A stretch of 64,000 bases of DNA from Candidatus Shapirobacteria bacterium (GCA_020059745.1 JAGVBK010000002.1:2414-66413); one strand, 5' to 3'. Shown: positions 1 to 7,950, counted from the first letter of the stretch. Notes: generated from the sequence alone by a model not told the origin. Made by a program: numbers and translations.

Positions 1-451
1 TGTTTCCACCGCCGGCATTCCTGGAAAAATCAAAGAGTTTGCGGATCTGGAAACACAAATTAACCTCGCTATCTCTCTTCATTCGCCATTCCAGGAAAAA
101 AGGGAAGAAATTATGCCTTCTGCTAAAAAAAACACTTTAGGTGAACTTATGGCTTCAGCCGAATACTATGTCAAAAAAACAAATCGTAAACTTTTTTTTG
201 AGTACGCGCTTATTAAAAACATTAACGACAGGAAAGAGGATGCCTTAGAGATTGCAAAGCTTTTTAGAAACAAACTCTTTCACCTTAATCTGATAAACTT
301 AAACCCCACCGGTTCAAAACATTATGCCGCCCTGCCTAAAAATATAGCTGAATTTACCAAAATTCTTGACCAAAAATATATTCCCTATACGATAAGAAGG
401 TCAGTAGGGGCCAGCATTCAGGCTGCTTGCGGCCAGCTGGCTGCAAAATAA
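1..451 (+). CDS. rlmN: 23S rRNA m2A2503 methyltransferase RlmN, C-terminal part (5' end outside window)
   Basis: Frame open from position 2: VSTAG..INLAISLHSP..REEIMP..FEYALIKNIND..NLINLNP..IRRSVGASIQAACGQL, the RlmN C-terminal motifs. Confidence 0.9.
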   Translation, partial: VSTAGIPGKIKEFADLETQINLAISLHSPFQEKREEIMPSAKKNTLGELMASAEYYVKKTNRKLFFEYALIKNINDRKEDALEIAKLFRNKLFHLNLINLNPTGSKHYAALPKNIAEFTKILDQKYIPYTIRRSVGASIQAACGQLAAK

Positions 452-467
452 TGTTATTATAAAAAAT

Positions 468-1049
468 ATGATTACGCATGTTATTTTTGATGTGGGCGGA
501 GTAATTGTTGATACCGGAAACTTTCCCATTAACACTGCTTCTTTTGTTGCCAGAGCAATTCAGTCTCCTATACTTCGGCTAAGAGCAAGATACCGATCTT
601 TGCTGCCAAAACTTGAGTCAGGCAAAGCTACTTTAAGCAAGCTTGACGAAAAAAGCGCTGCCAAAGTTCTTAGCGCTTACAAAACTTCAGTGGAAAAACT
701 TTTTAAAATCAATAAAGAAGTGCTTGAGACTGCCTTAGAGCTAAAAAAGAAATACAAAGTGGGTATTCTTTCAAACATTGACAGGTATTTGGCCGATATT
801 CCCATGCATAAAAAAATTTACTCTCTTTTTGATAAAAATTTGGTGGTTTTAAGCTATGAATACGGAGTAAGAAAACCTGAAAAAGAAATTTATGAAATTT
901 TCCTTAAAAAAGCTGGGGCCGAACCTGAAAACTGCCTTTTTATTGACGATAACCCTGACAATGTAAAATCTGCTAAGAAACTTGGAATTAAGGCAATTTT
1001 GTATAAAAACCCGAGACAGCTTAAAAAAGAGCTTAAAAAATACCTTTAA
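468..1049 (+). CDS. HAD-superfamily hydrolase/phosphatase
   Basis: Motif I FDVGGV, LSN, KPEKEIY, LFIDD..NV..A..LG. Confidence 0.88.
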   Translation: MITHVIFDVGGVIVDTGNFPINTASFVARAIQSPILRLRARYRSLLPKLESGKATLSKLDEKSAAKVLSAYKTSVEKLFKINKEVLETALELKKKYKVGILSNIDRYLADIPMHKKIYSLFDKNLVVLSYEYGVRKPEKEIYEIFLKKAGAEPENCLFIDDNPDNVKSAKKLGIKAILYKNPRQLKKELKKYL

Positions 1050-1115
1050 ATCTGCTTGCATCTTTTTGGCTTCATGAGTTATCTTGTTTTACCTAGTTAA
1101 GGAGGTGAGTTTTTT

Positions 1116-1568
1116 ATGGAAATTGTTTCTCCTGCTTTTGACGAAAGGCAGTATATTCCGGACAAATACACTTGCGAAGGAGAGGATATAAATCCGCCGC
1201 TTTTTTTTATCGGTGTACCCAAAGAGGCGGAAAGTCTGGCTTTAATTGTTGATGATCCCGACTCGGTTACCAGCCAGGGAGGCTGGACCCATTGGCTCAT
1301 ATGGAATATAAAGCCTTCAGTGGAAAAGATTGAAGAAAATTCTCTCCCCAACGGAGCAGTGCAAGGAAAAACTGATTTTGGCTTTAATCACTGGGGAGGG
1401 CCTTGTCCCCCGAAAGGCATTACCCATCATTATCGTTTCATGCTTTTTGCCCTAAAAGATCTTATTCATCTGCCAGAAGGCGCAGACAAAATGTCTTTAA
1501 CTGAAGCTTTAAACGATTTAGTTTTGGATCAGGCAGAACTGGTCGGGCTTTATGCCAGAAAGTCATGA
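1116..1568 (+). CDS. YbhB/YbcL family (PEBP/Raf kinase inhibitor-like) protein
   Basis: KYTCEGEDINPPL, LIVDDPD, WTHWLIWNI, WGGPCPP..HHYRFMLFAL; SD AGGAGGTGA at about 1100-1108. Confidence 0.92.
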   Translation: MEIVSPAFDERQYIPDKYTCEGEDINPPLFFIGVPKEAESLALIVDDPDSVTSQGGWTHWLIWNIKPSVEKIEENSLPNGAVQGKTDFGFNHWGGPCPPKGITHHYRFMLFALKDLIHLPEGADKMSLTEALNDLVLDQAELVGLYARKS

Positions 1569-2651
1569 GACAAACTGGACAACTGTTTCGTCCAGGGGAA
1601 CAAAGGAGAAGCTGACTTCCTGGCCAGGATACTTTGCTCCAGGGCCAAATACCTTTGCTGAATTAAGATTTTCTTTGTTTCTTAAAGAAATGTTTTCAAG
1701 TATCTCTCTTAGGCTTAAACCTTCCTTTATAACCAGAGGAGAATCGTAGTCAATATTTTCTCCCTCTTTAAGATACACCCTTATTAGTTTTAAGCGCTTC
1801 CAAACTTCTTCCTTTAAAGTTTCAAGGTTCTTTCCTTCCTGGGAGCTTATAAATATTGGCTTTTCTCCCTCAATCTCGGGAATTTCTTTCCCTCGAGAGC
1901 CTAAATCGATTTTGTTTACAACAACAACAAAAGGAAGATAAACTCGGTTCCCTATAAAAGCATCAACCAGACGGTCGAGAGTAATGTCTTCTTTAATTAT
2001 GATCTCTGCATTGGCTAGCCTGAATTCTCCTGCTAATGAGCGGATAGTATCATAACTAAGTTTAAGGCTGGTGGTTGAGTTAACCTTTATTCCCCCTGAC
2101 GGCTTTTTAAGGATGGTTACTTCAGGCTTTTTCTCATTCAGCCTGACACCGGCTTCTCTAAGTTCGCCAATAATCTGGGGAATTAGTTTCACAGTTTTGA
2201 TATCAACCATAATTACAATCAGGTCAGCATTTCTTGCCACAGCTAAGACTTCCTTGCCCCTGCCTTTACCCGAAGCAGCGCCGGAAACAATCCCCGGAAC
2301 ATCAAAAATCTGTATTTTTGCTCCTTTGAAATCAAGCATGCCAGGAATAACATTTAAAGTGGTAAAGTCATAAGCCCCGATTTTAGAATCAGCATTGGTC
2401 AACCTGTTAAGAAGGGTGGATTTACCGACTGATGGAGGCCCCACTAAAACAACGGTAGCGTCTCCGGTGCTCCTGATTGCATATCCGCCGCCTCCACCCC
2501 CTTTGCCTTTAAAAGCTTTTTCGATCTGCTCTTCTTTTAGTCTGGCAATTCTGGCTTTAAGTTTACCAATATGATGCTCTGTCCCTTTGTGATAGGGAGT
2601 TTTTCTGATTTCTTCTTCAAGCTCTTTAATTCTATCTTCGTTTGTCTGCAT
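1563..2651 (-). CDS. DRG/Rbg1-type OBG-family GTPase with C-terminal TGS-like domain
   Basis: TPYHKGTEHHIGKLKARIARL N-terminus, GPPSVGKST, YDFTTL, DVPG..GAASGKGRG, NKID; start taken at ATG 2651. Confidence 0.85.
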   Translation of the reverse strand: MQTNEDRIKELEEEIRKTPYHKGTEHHIGKLKARIARLKEEQIEKAFKGKGGGGGGYAIRSTGDATVVLVGPPSVGKSTLLNRLTNADSKIGAYDFTTLNVIPGMLDFKGAKIQIFDVPGIVSGAASGKGRGKEVLAVARNADLIVIMVDIKTVKLIPQIIGELREAGVRLNEKKPEVTILKKPSGGIKVNSTTSLKLSYDTIRSLAGEFRLANAEIIIKEDITLDRLVDAFIGNRVYLPFVVVVNKIDLGSRGKEIPEIEGEKPIFISSQEGKNLETLKEEVWKRLKLIRVYLKEGENIDYDSPLVIKEGLSLREILENISLRNKENLNSAKVFGPGAKYPGQEVSFSFVPLDETVVQFVS

Positions 2652-2690
2652 TTTTAGGTAAAATGGTATAATAATCAACCAACCGCTAGT

Positions 2691-4187
2691 ATGAAAAAAT
2701 TCCTTGTTTCAGCCATTATTTTAACATTTTTCATTTTCTTAGCTCCAAATCTATTTGTTATAAGCACCCAAAGCCAAGCCCAAGAGCATGTTTTGGAAGT
2801 AAAAGGGGAGTTTAGTCAAGAATATTCTGAAGAAAATACTAATCAGTTTGGCATTCATATCCTTGATCCTTCTGACCTTGATAAAGCTCGTGAGCTTGTT
2901 AATTCAACCGGCGGAGACTGGGGGTGGGTCACTATAGTTATCAGGGACAATGACCTCAACTACCAAAAATGGCAGGAATTCTTTGACCAATGCCGGGAAA
3001 AGCATCTTATCCCCATTGTCAGAATTGCCACCCATAATGTTGATTCTTACTGGGTAAAGCCAGAAGAACAAGATGCAGAAAAATGGGCTGATTTTCTTTC
3101 CTCGCTTAACTGGCCAACTGAAAAAAAGCATGTCATCATCTTTAATGAACCCAACCATGCCAAAGAGTGGGGCAACAACATAAATCCTCAAGAATACGCC
3201 AGAATTCTCAATAGCTTTGCTTTCAGCCTAAAAGAGAGAAGTAAAAACTTCATGATCATGAACGCTGGTCTTGATTTGGCTGCTCCTAACTCAAAGGAGA
3301 CCATGGAAGCCTACCGCTTTATGGAGGAGATGAGAAAAGAAGTTCCTGATATCTTTGAAAAAATTGATGCCTGGTCATCCCATTCTTATCCAAATCACGG
3401 TTTTGTCGGCAAGCCCTGGGAAAGCGGCAAAACTAGTATCAGGGGTTATGAATGGGAGCTTTCAGTTCTCAAAAACAACTTTGGCGTTAAAAAAGACCTG
3501 TCTGTTTTTATCACAGAAACAGGCTGGCCAAAAAGCGAAAGTAAATATGTCTGGCAAAGAACAAAATATGGCTTAAGAAAAGTAGCTGTCAGTAAGTACT
3601 ATGATTCAAATACGGCGGCAGAGTATCTTAAAAAAGCTTTTGAAGAAGTATGGCTGAAAGACAAAAGGGTAAAAGCGATTACTCCCTTTGTCCTTAATTA
3701 CCCGAACGAACTTTTTGAAAGTTTTTCCTGGTTTGACAAAGAAGGAAAACCATATCCCCAGTACGAAATTATAAAATCAATGGTCAAAGACCGCTGGTGG
3801 CCGAGCCAGGAAACAAAATATGAAATTGAGTCTATTTATCTTCCTTCTTTCATGCCCGTAAAAACAAAATTCTCTGGAAAAATGAAAATAAAAAATGTAG
3901 GCCAATCCATTTGGGGAGACAGAGAAATTTTAAGCGTAGTTTCTCATAACACCGGAGATCTGGTGATAAGCGACCTCATGCTGGGAACAACCAAAGTAAA
4001 ACCAGGCGAAACAATTGAGGTAGAGTTTACTATTGAATCAGCCACTAAATCAGGCCGTTTTAAAATCGGCTGGGAAAAAATGCCTGAATTTGAGCTTAGA
4101 GTCATGCCTCCATCAATTCTTACAGCTGCAAAATATAACCTCTGGGAATCTTTCTTCTTAAAAATAAAATACTTTTTCTTAAAGTAA
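2691..4187 (+). CDS. Secreted/membrane-anchored clan GH-A glycoside hydrolase-like protein
   Basis: Signal peptide; IIFNEPN (acid/base) and FITETGWP (nucleophile) motifs; SHSYP; Ig-like C-terminal region. Confidence 0.7.
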   Translation: MKKFLVSAIILTFFIFLAPNLFVISTQSQAQEHVLEVKGEFSQEYSEENTNQFGIHILDPSDLDKARELVNSTGGDWGWVTIVIRDNDLNYQKWQEFFDQCREKHLIPIVRIATHNVDSYWVKPEEQDAEKWADFLSSLNWPTEKKHVIIFNEPNHAKEWGNNINPQEYARILNSFAFSLKERSKNFMIMNAGLDLAAPNSKETMEAYRFMEEMRKEVPDIFEKIDAWSSHSYPNHGFVGKPWESGKTSIRGYEWELSVLKNNFGVKKDLSVFITETGWPKSESKYVWQRTKYGLRKVAVSKYYDSNTAAEYLKKAFEEVWLKDKRVKAITPFVLNYPNELFESFSWFDKEGKPYPQYEIIKSMVKDRWWPSQETKYEIESIYLPSFMPVKTKFSGKMKIKNVGQSIWGDREILSVVSHNTGDLVISDLMLGTTKVKPGETIEVEFTIESATKSGRFKIGWEKMPEFELRVMPPSILTAAKYNLWESFFLKIKYFFLK

Positions 4188-4820
4188 TTTCATCCGGGAA
4201 GATGTGTCGACAGTAAAAACACAAGTATCTGGAAGAGTGGTTTCTCTTTCGATAACCCTCTCAAAGTTAAAGGGTTTTAATGTATAGGGGTAAGAAAAAG
4301 GAAATGTAGAAATAAGAAATAAACTTTCGTTAGGTCCTGTAATTGCAACTCTTACAAAATCTTTCCTACTCCTCTCAGGAATTTCCAAAGAAAGTTCGTC
4401 TGGTTCTCTAAAAGGGTCTTGCACAACTCTTCTAAACTGTTCAGGGACAACTATGTCATCAAGATAAAGTTTACTGTTATTCATTTTTGTTGCAGTTTTG
4501 TAAACTTCGACTAAAACACTAACTGCTTTTTCTGCGTTTTCTCCTTTCTCCCCGGTATTTAAAATCAAATAGTGTGAGTCAACCTGTCTGCAACCCAACT
4601 CTTTAATATAGCTTCCGGCCCTTAAGTATTTAAGCCCAGGGTTAAACTCTGGTAAAATCAACCTCATGTCGTTAACAAATTGCTTCATGGGCTCGGTTTC
4701 TGAAGGGGTGGGGGATTCGGAAGGACTCACTTGCTCTCCCGCACAGGCGGTCAGTACAACCGCTCCGGCAGCTCCAGCAGCAAATCTAATTAAATCTCTG
4801 CGTGAAATCTTTCTTTCCAT
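4179..4820 (-). CDS. Hypothetical lipoprotein with twin-arginine-like signal
   Basis: MERKISRRDLIRF..VVLTAC lipobox; start taken at ATG 4820 because the longer ORF-track start runs through tRNA-Lys. Confidence 0.65.
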   Translation of the reverse strand: MERKISRRDLIRFAAGAAGAVVLTACAGEQVSPSESPTPSETEPMKQFVNDMRLILPEFNPGLKYLRAGSYIKELGCRQVDSHYLILNTGEKGENAEKAVSVLVEVYKTATKMNNSKLYLDDIVVPEQFRRVVQDPFREPDELSLEIPERSRKDFVRVAITGPNESLFLISTFPFSYPYTLKPFNFERVIERETTLPDTCVFTVDTSSRMKLL

Positions 4821-4825
4821 ATATG

Positions 4826-4897
4826 TGAGGCTGGAAGGATTCGAACCTTCGGCCAATCGCTTAAGAGGCGACTGCTCTACCACTGAGCTACAGCCCC
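4826..4897 (-). tRNA. tRNA-Lys(CTT), no encoded CCA
   Basis: GGGGCTGTAGCTCAGTGGTAGAGCAGTCGCCT-CTT-AAGCGATTGGCCGAAGGTTCGAATCCTTCCAGCCTCA; full cloverleaf. Confidence 0.95.
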
Positions 4898-5148
4898 AGT
4901 TTCTTTTTAATAAACTCTCTTCCTTTAAATGATTTCAACTCTTTCTCTCTCTTAAGAGCTTCATTCCTTGTCTTTAGCTCTTCGTTATAAACAAGTTCCC
5001 AAGGACCTTGATTTTTATAAGTATAACTCCTCGTTTTGCTTGGCAATACCCGATTATGTCTTAAAAGTCTTTCTTCAATATTGTTCGTCTGGCCAATATA
5101 TATTTTTCCAGAAGTCAAACTTCTAACTACATAAACAAAATATCCCAT
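4888..5148 (-). CDS. Small GIY-YIG nuclease family protein
   Basis: YFVYVVRS..IYIGQTNNIEERLLRHN..GPWELVYNEE..EALKREKELKS; last codons and TAG stop lie inside tRNA-Lys nt 1-10. Confidence 0.92.
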   Translation of the reverse strand: MGYFVYVVRSLTSGKIYIGQTNNIEERLLRHNRVLPSKTRSYTYKNQGPWELVYNEELKTRNEALKREKELKSFKGREFIKKKLGL

Positions 5149-5161
5149 ATCTTACCCGTTT

Positions 5162-5212
5162 AATCGCTTAAGAGTCCGCCGGCTGGCGGATCTACCACTG
5201 AGCTACAGCCCC
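5162..5212 (-). pseudogene. tRNA-Lys 5' fragment (through the anticodon arm) interrupted by a 16-nt palindrome
   Basis: GGGGCTGTAGCTCAGTGGTAGA[TCCGCCAGCCGGCGGA]CTCTTAAGCGATT matches the tRNA at 4826-4897, with 8 nt replaced by the hairpin. Confidence 0.9.
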
Positions 5213-5220
5213 AAGATAAT

Positions 5221-5457
5221 CTATATTCTGCTTTCTAAAAATCTTCTTCCGAATCCCGTCTTAAAATACTTTTCTCTTTTCAAAGCCTTTTCTTTATTTA
5301 AACAAGCCTCATAATATACCAAACAAAAGGGAATTCTGTTTCTTGTTGATTCAACTAAACCTTTATTATGTTCTTCCACTCTTCTTTTGAGATTATCTGT
5401 GTAACCAACATAAAGATCTGAATCAACTTTACTTTTTAAAACATAAGTGTAATACGT
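5221..5457 (-). pseudogene. Second small GIY-YIG nuclease (78 codons, starts ACG instead of ATG; absent from ORF track)
   Basis: (ACG)YYTYVLKSKVDSDLYVGYTDNLKRRVEEHNKGLVESTRNRIPFCLVYYEACLNKEKALKREKYFKTGFGRRFLESRI*; in-frame TAA two codons upstream. Confidence 0.85.
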
Positions 5458-5478
5458 TTGTTAAAAGTATTTTAAAGT

Positions 5479-5547
5479 ACTGCTCTACCTGCCCGCAACG
5501 CCAGCAAGCTGGCTTGCGTGGCGGGCGAGCCACTGAGCTACAGCCCC
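5479..5547 (-). pseudogene. tRNA-Lys 5' fragment (acceptor 5' strand and D arm) with a 42-nt palindromic insertion in the D loop
   Basis: GGGGCTGTAGCTCAGTGG[CTCGCCCGCCACGCAAGCCAGCTTGCTGGCGTTGCGGGCAGG]TAGAGCAGT. Confidence 0.88.
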
Positions 5548-5588
5548 GGATATCAAACTCTAAACCCTAAAATCTAAACTCAAATAGG

Positions 5589-5662
5589 TGCGCCAGGGGT
5601 GATTCGAACACCCGACCCCTTGTTCCGAAGACAAGTGCTCTAATCCGCTGAGCTACTGGCGC
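5589..5662 (-). tRNA. tRNA-Arg(TCG), no encoded CCA
   Basis: GCGCCAGTAGCTCAGCGGATTAGAGCACTTGTCT-TCG-GAACAAGGGGTCGGGTGTTCGAATCACCCCTGGCGCA. Confidence 0.95.
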
Positions 5663-5809
5663 TCGATTTATCACTCAAAAGGCTCATAAATTATAACATT
5701 TTTGAGACTTAATTTCCTCAGTTTTATATTAAAAATTGCCAAAAGTGTTAGAATATAGATATCGGAGTCTCTTCGGTTCATTGGGCAAAGGCGCCCAAAA
5801 GGAGGCAAA

Positions 5810-5950
5810 ATGAGAGACGAAGAGATAATCGAACAGCACTTGAGGCAGCGTGAAGCCTCTGAGGGTGATCGGTTTTTTAGGTTTTTCATCATCGGAACAA
5901 TCCTGTTCATCCTCATCCTCGCGTTGCCGTACATTGTTGCTGTCATCTAG
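5810..5950 (+). CDS. Small single-TM membrane protein, 46 aa (below ORF-track cutoff)
   Basis: AAAGGAGG SD then MRDEEIIEQHLRQREASEGDRFFRFFIIGTILFILILALPYIVAVI*; TGnTAGAAT promoter at 5746-5754; hairpin downstream at about 5960-5997. Confidence 0.7.
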   Translation: MRDEEIIEQHLRQREASEGDRFFRFFIIGTILFILILALPYIVAVI

Positions 5951-6046
5951 TTTTGGCTAGCCCGGCTCTGAGGGTTTTTTCCTACCTTCATCCGGGCAAT
6001 TCCTTTAACGCTTCCTATTCTTTTTTTTAATTGCTAAAATAGATTA

Positions 6047-6721
6047 ATGAAAACAAATATTGTTGCCACTATCGGCCCGTCTTCGCTTAATCTTTCTATC
6101 TTCAACAAAATGGTTGAGGCAGGTATGGATTTTATCCGCCTGAACTCCAAATACGGCACCCATACTCAATATGACAAAGCTTTAAAAGATGCCGGTAAAA
6201 ACTCAAGTCTTGAGATTATTTTTGATATTTCCACCCTCCAGGCCCTTGATTATTTTATTAAAAATGACCTTGAATACTTGGCATTGTCTTTTGCCGAATC
6301 AAGGGAACAAATTGAAGAAATTAAAAAAATTGCTCCCAAGGCAAAAATCATTTCTAAAATTGAATCCGTAAAAGGGGTTGAAAACTACGATGAAATCGTG
6401 GATTCTTCCTGGGGGGTAATGATTGCCAGGGGGGACCTGGGTAAGGCGATTCCTTTAGAGCAAATACCGTGTCTGCAAAAGAGCCTTGTTGCTAAAGCGG
6501 TAAAAAAGGGAAAGTTTGTTATTGTTGCCACAGAAATGCTTCTTTCTATGGTAGAAAACCCAATCCCTACCAGGGCAGAAGTCTCGGATGTGGCCAACGC
6601 CATTTATGATGGCGCTTCAGCGGTAATGCTTTCCGAAGAAACGGCCATCGGTAAATACCCGGTTGAATCAGTAGATTTCATGAACAAGATAATCAAACAC
6701 ACCGAAAGCTGTATTTTTTAA
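6047..6721 (+). CDS. pyk: Pyruvate kinase-like protein, barrel domain only (224 aa)
   Basis: IVATIGPSS, RLN, LALSF, ISKIE, VMIARGDLG, VATEMLLSM..PTRAEVSDVANAIYDG..VMLSEETAIGKYP. Confidence 0.85.
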   Translation: MKTNIVATIGPSSLNLSIFNKMVEAGMDFIRLNSKYGTHTQYDKALKDAGKNSSLEIIFDISTLQALDYFIKNDLEYLALSFAESREQIEEIKKIAPKAKIISKIESVKGVENYDEIVDSSWGVMIARGDLGKAIPLEQIPCLQKSLVAKAVKKGKFVIVATEMLLSMVENPIPTRAEVSDVANAIYDGASAVMLSEETAIGKYPVESVDFMNKIIKHTESCIF

Positions 6722-7917
6722 CGTTTCTTTTTAGACTGGTAATACTTTCTCCCTCTTAGCTTTTCCGGAAGATATTCCTCGTCTTTTAATTCCTCTTTGG
6801 TGTAATCGTGGGCATACTTATAGTCTTTACCATAACCCACTTCTTTCATCAGCTTGGTAACTGCATTTCTTAACTTTAAAGGAACAGGCAAATTGCCAAA
6901 TTGTTTAACATCAGCCTTGGCTTTTGCCTCGGCAATGTAACTGCTGTTGTCTTTAGGGGCTAGGGAAAGATAAGCAGCCAACTGGACAATCATTACCCCG
7001 CATTCAGGCATACCCAAAAAATGACAAGCCTGATAAGTAGCTACTGCCAGCTGCAAAGCCTGGGGGTCGGCATTGCCAATGTCTTCAGAAGCAAACCTGA
7101 TTAACCTTCTTGCTACATACAAAGGATCATCTCCACCCTCAAGCATTCTCACCGCATAGTAAATAGCTGCATCGGGGTTAGAGCCGCGCATTGATTTATG
7201 AAGAGCGGAAATAGTGTTGTAGTGCTCTTCTCCTGCTTTATCATATAAAAGAGTTTTCTTTTGAATAGCATCTTCTATGTCTTTTAGTTTAATTAATTTA
7301 CTCAGTTTTGCCGCGATTTCTAAAATATTTAGCGCATTTCTGGCATCTCCATTGGCCGAATCAATTAAATATTGCCTAGCATCGGTTTCTATCTTTACAT
7401 TGAGTTTATTTATTCCTCGCGTAACTATTTTATTCAAATCATTTTCATTAAGGCTTGTTAAAACAAAAACTCGACAGCGAGAAAGCAGAGGTCCGATTAC
7501 CTCAAAAGAGGGGTTTTCCGTTGTAGCGCCGATGAGAACAATGGTTCCGTCCTCAACATGAGGTAAAAAAGCATCCTGCTGAAGTTTATTAAAGCGGTGG
7601 ATTTCGTCGACAAAAAGAATGGTTTTGTTTCCATAAAGTTGCTTTCTTTCCTTGGCCTGGGCAACCACTTTTTTTACTTCATCAATTCCAGAAGTAACCG
7701 CAGAAAAATGGGCAAAATGACTTTGGGTTTTACTGGCGATAATTCTTGCCAGTGTTGTTTTGCCGCAACCGGGAGGACCCCAAAAAATCATAGAAACAAG
7801 CTCGTCTTTGTCAATAAGCCTTTTTAGGATTCCGTTTTCAGCGACAAGATGCTCCTGTCCCACAAAATCATTAAAATCCTTTGGCCTTAATAAGTCGGCA
7901 AGAGGGGAATCTGGCAT
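6718..7917 (-). CDS. rarA: Replication-associated recombination protein A (RarA/MgsA)
   Basis: PLADLLRP, WGPPGCGKTT, VDEIHRFNK, GATTENP, ISALHKSMRGS, ASEDIG. Confidence 0.95.
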   Translation of the reverse strand: MPDSPLADLLRPKDFNDFVGQEHLVAENGILKRLIDKDELVSMIFWGPPGCGKTTLARIIASKTQSHFAHFSAVTSGIDEVKKVVAQAKERKQLYGNKTILFVDEIHRFNKLQQDAFLPHVEDGTIVLIGATTENPSFEVIGPLLSRCRVFVLTSLNENDLNKIVTRGINKLNVKIETDARQYLIDSANGDARNALNILEIAAKLSKLIKLKDIEDAIQKKTLLYDKAGEEHYNTISALHKSMRGSNPDAAIYYAVRMLEGGDDPLYVARRLIRFASEDIGNADPQALQLAVATYQACHFLGMPECGVMIVQLAAYLSLAPKDNSSYIAEAKAKADVKQFGNLPVPLKLRNAVTKLMKEVGYGKDYKYAHDYTKEELKDEEYLPEKLRGRKYYQSKKKR

Positions 7918-7950
7918 GAGTTAATTATATGACTTTGTTTCAAGTGGTCT

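Noticed and set aside
4821-4883. N-terminal extension of ORF 4179..4883
   Set aside because: It is a read-through of the tRNA-Lys gene; the signal peptide starts at ATG 4820.
4826-5547. CRISPR array interpretation of the three repeats
   Set aside because: The repeats are tRNA sequence, the spacers are ~250-bp genes, and no cas genes are present.
5479-5547. Intron-containing or split tRNA interpretation of the fragments
   Set aside because: No matching 3' half follows and no bulge-helix-bulge or group I features are visible; an intact copy is adjacent.
5671-5946. 91-aa minus-strand ORF
   Set aside because: Antisense shadow of the SD-led 46-aa plus-strand peptide; no RBS or recognisable features.
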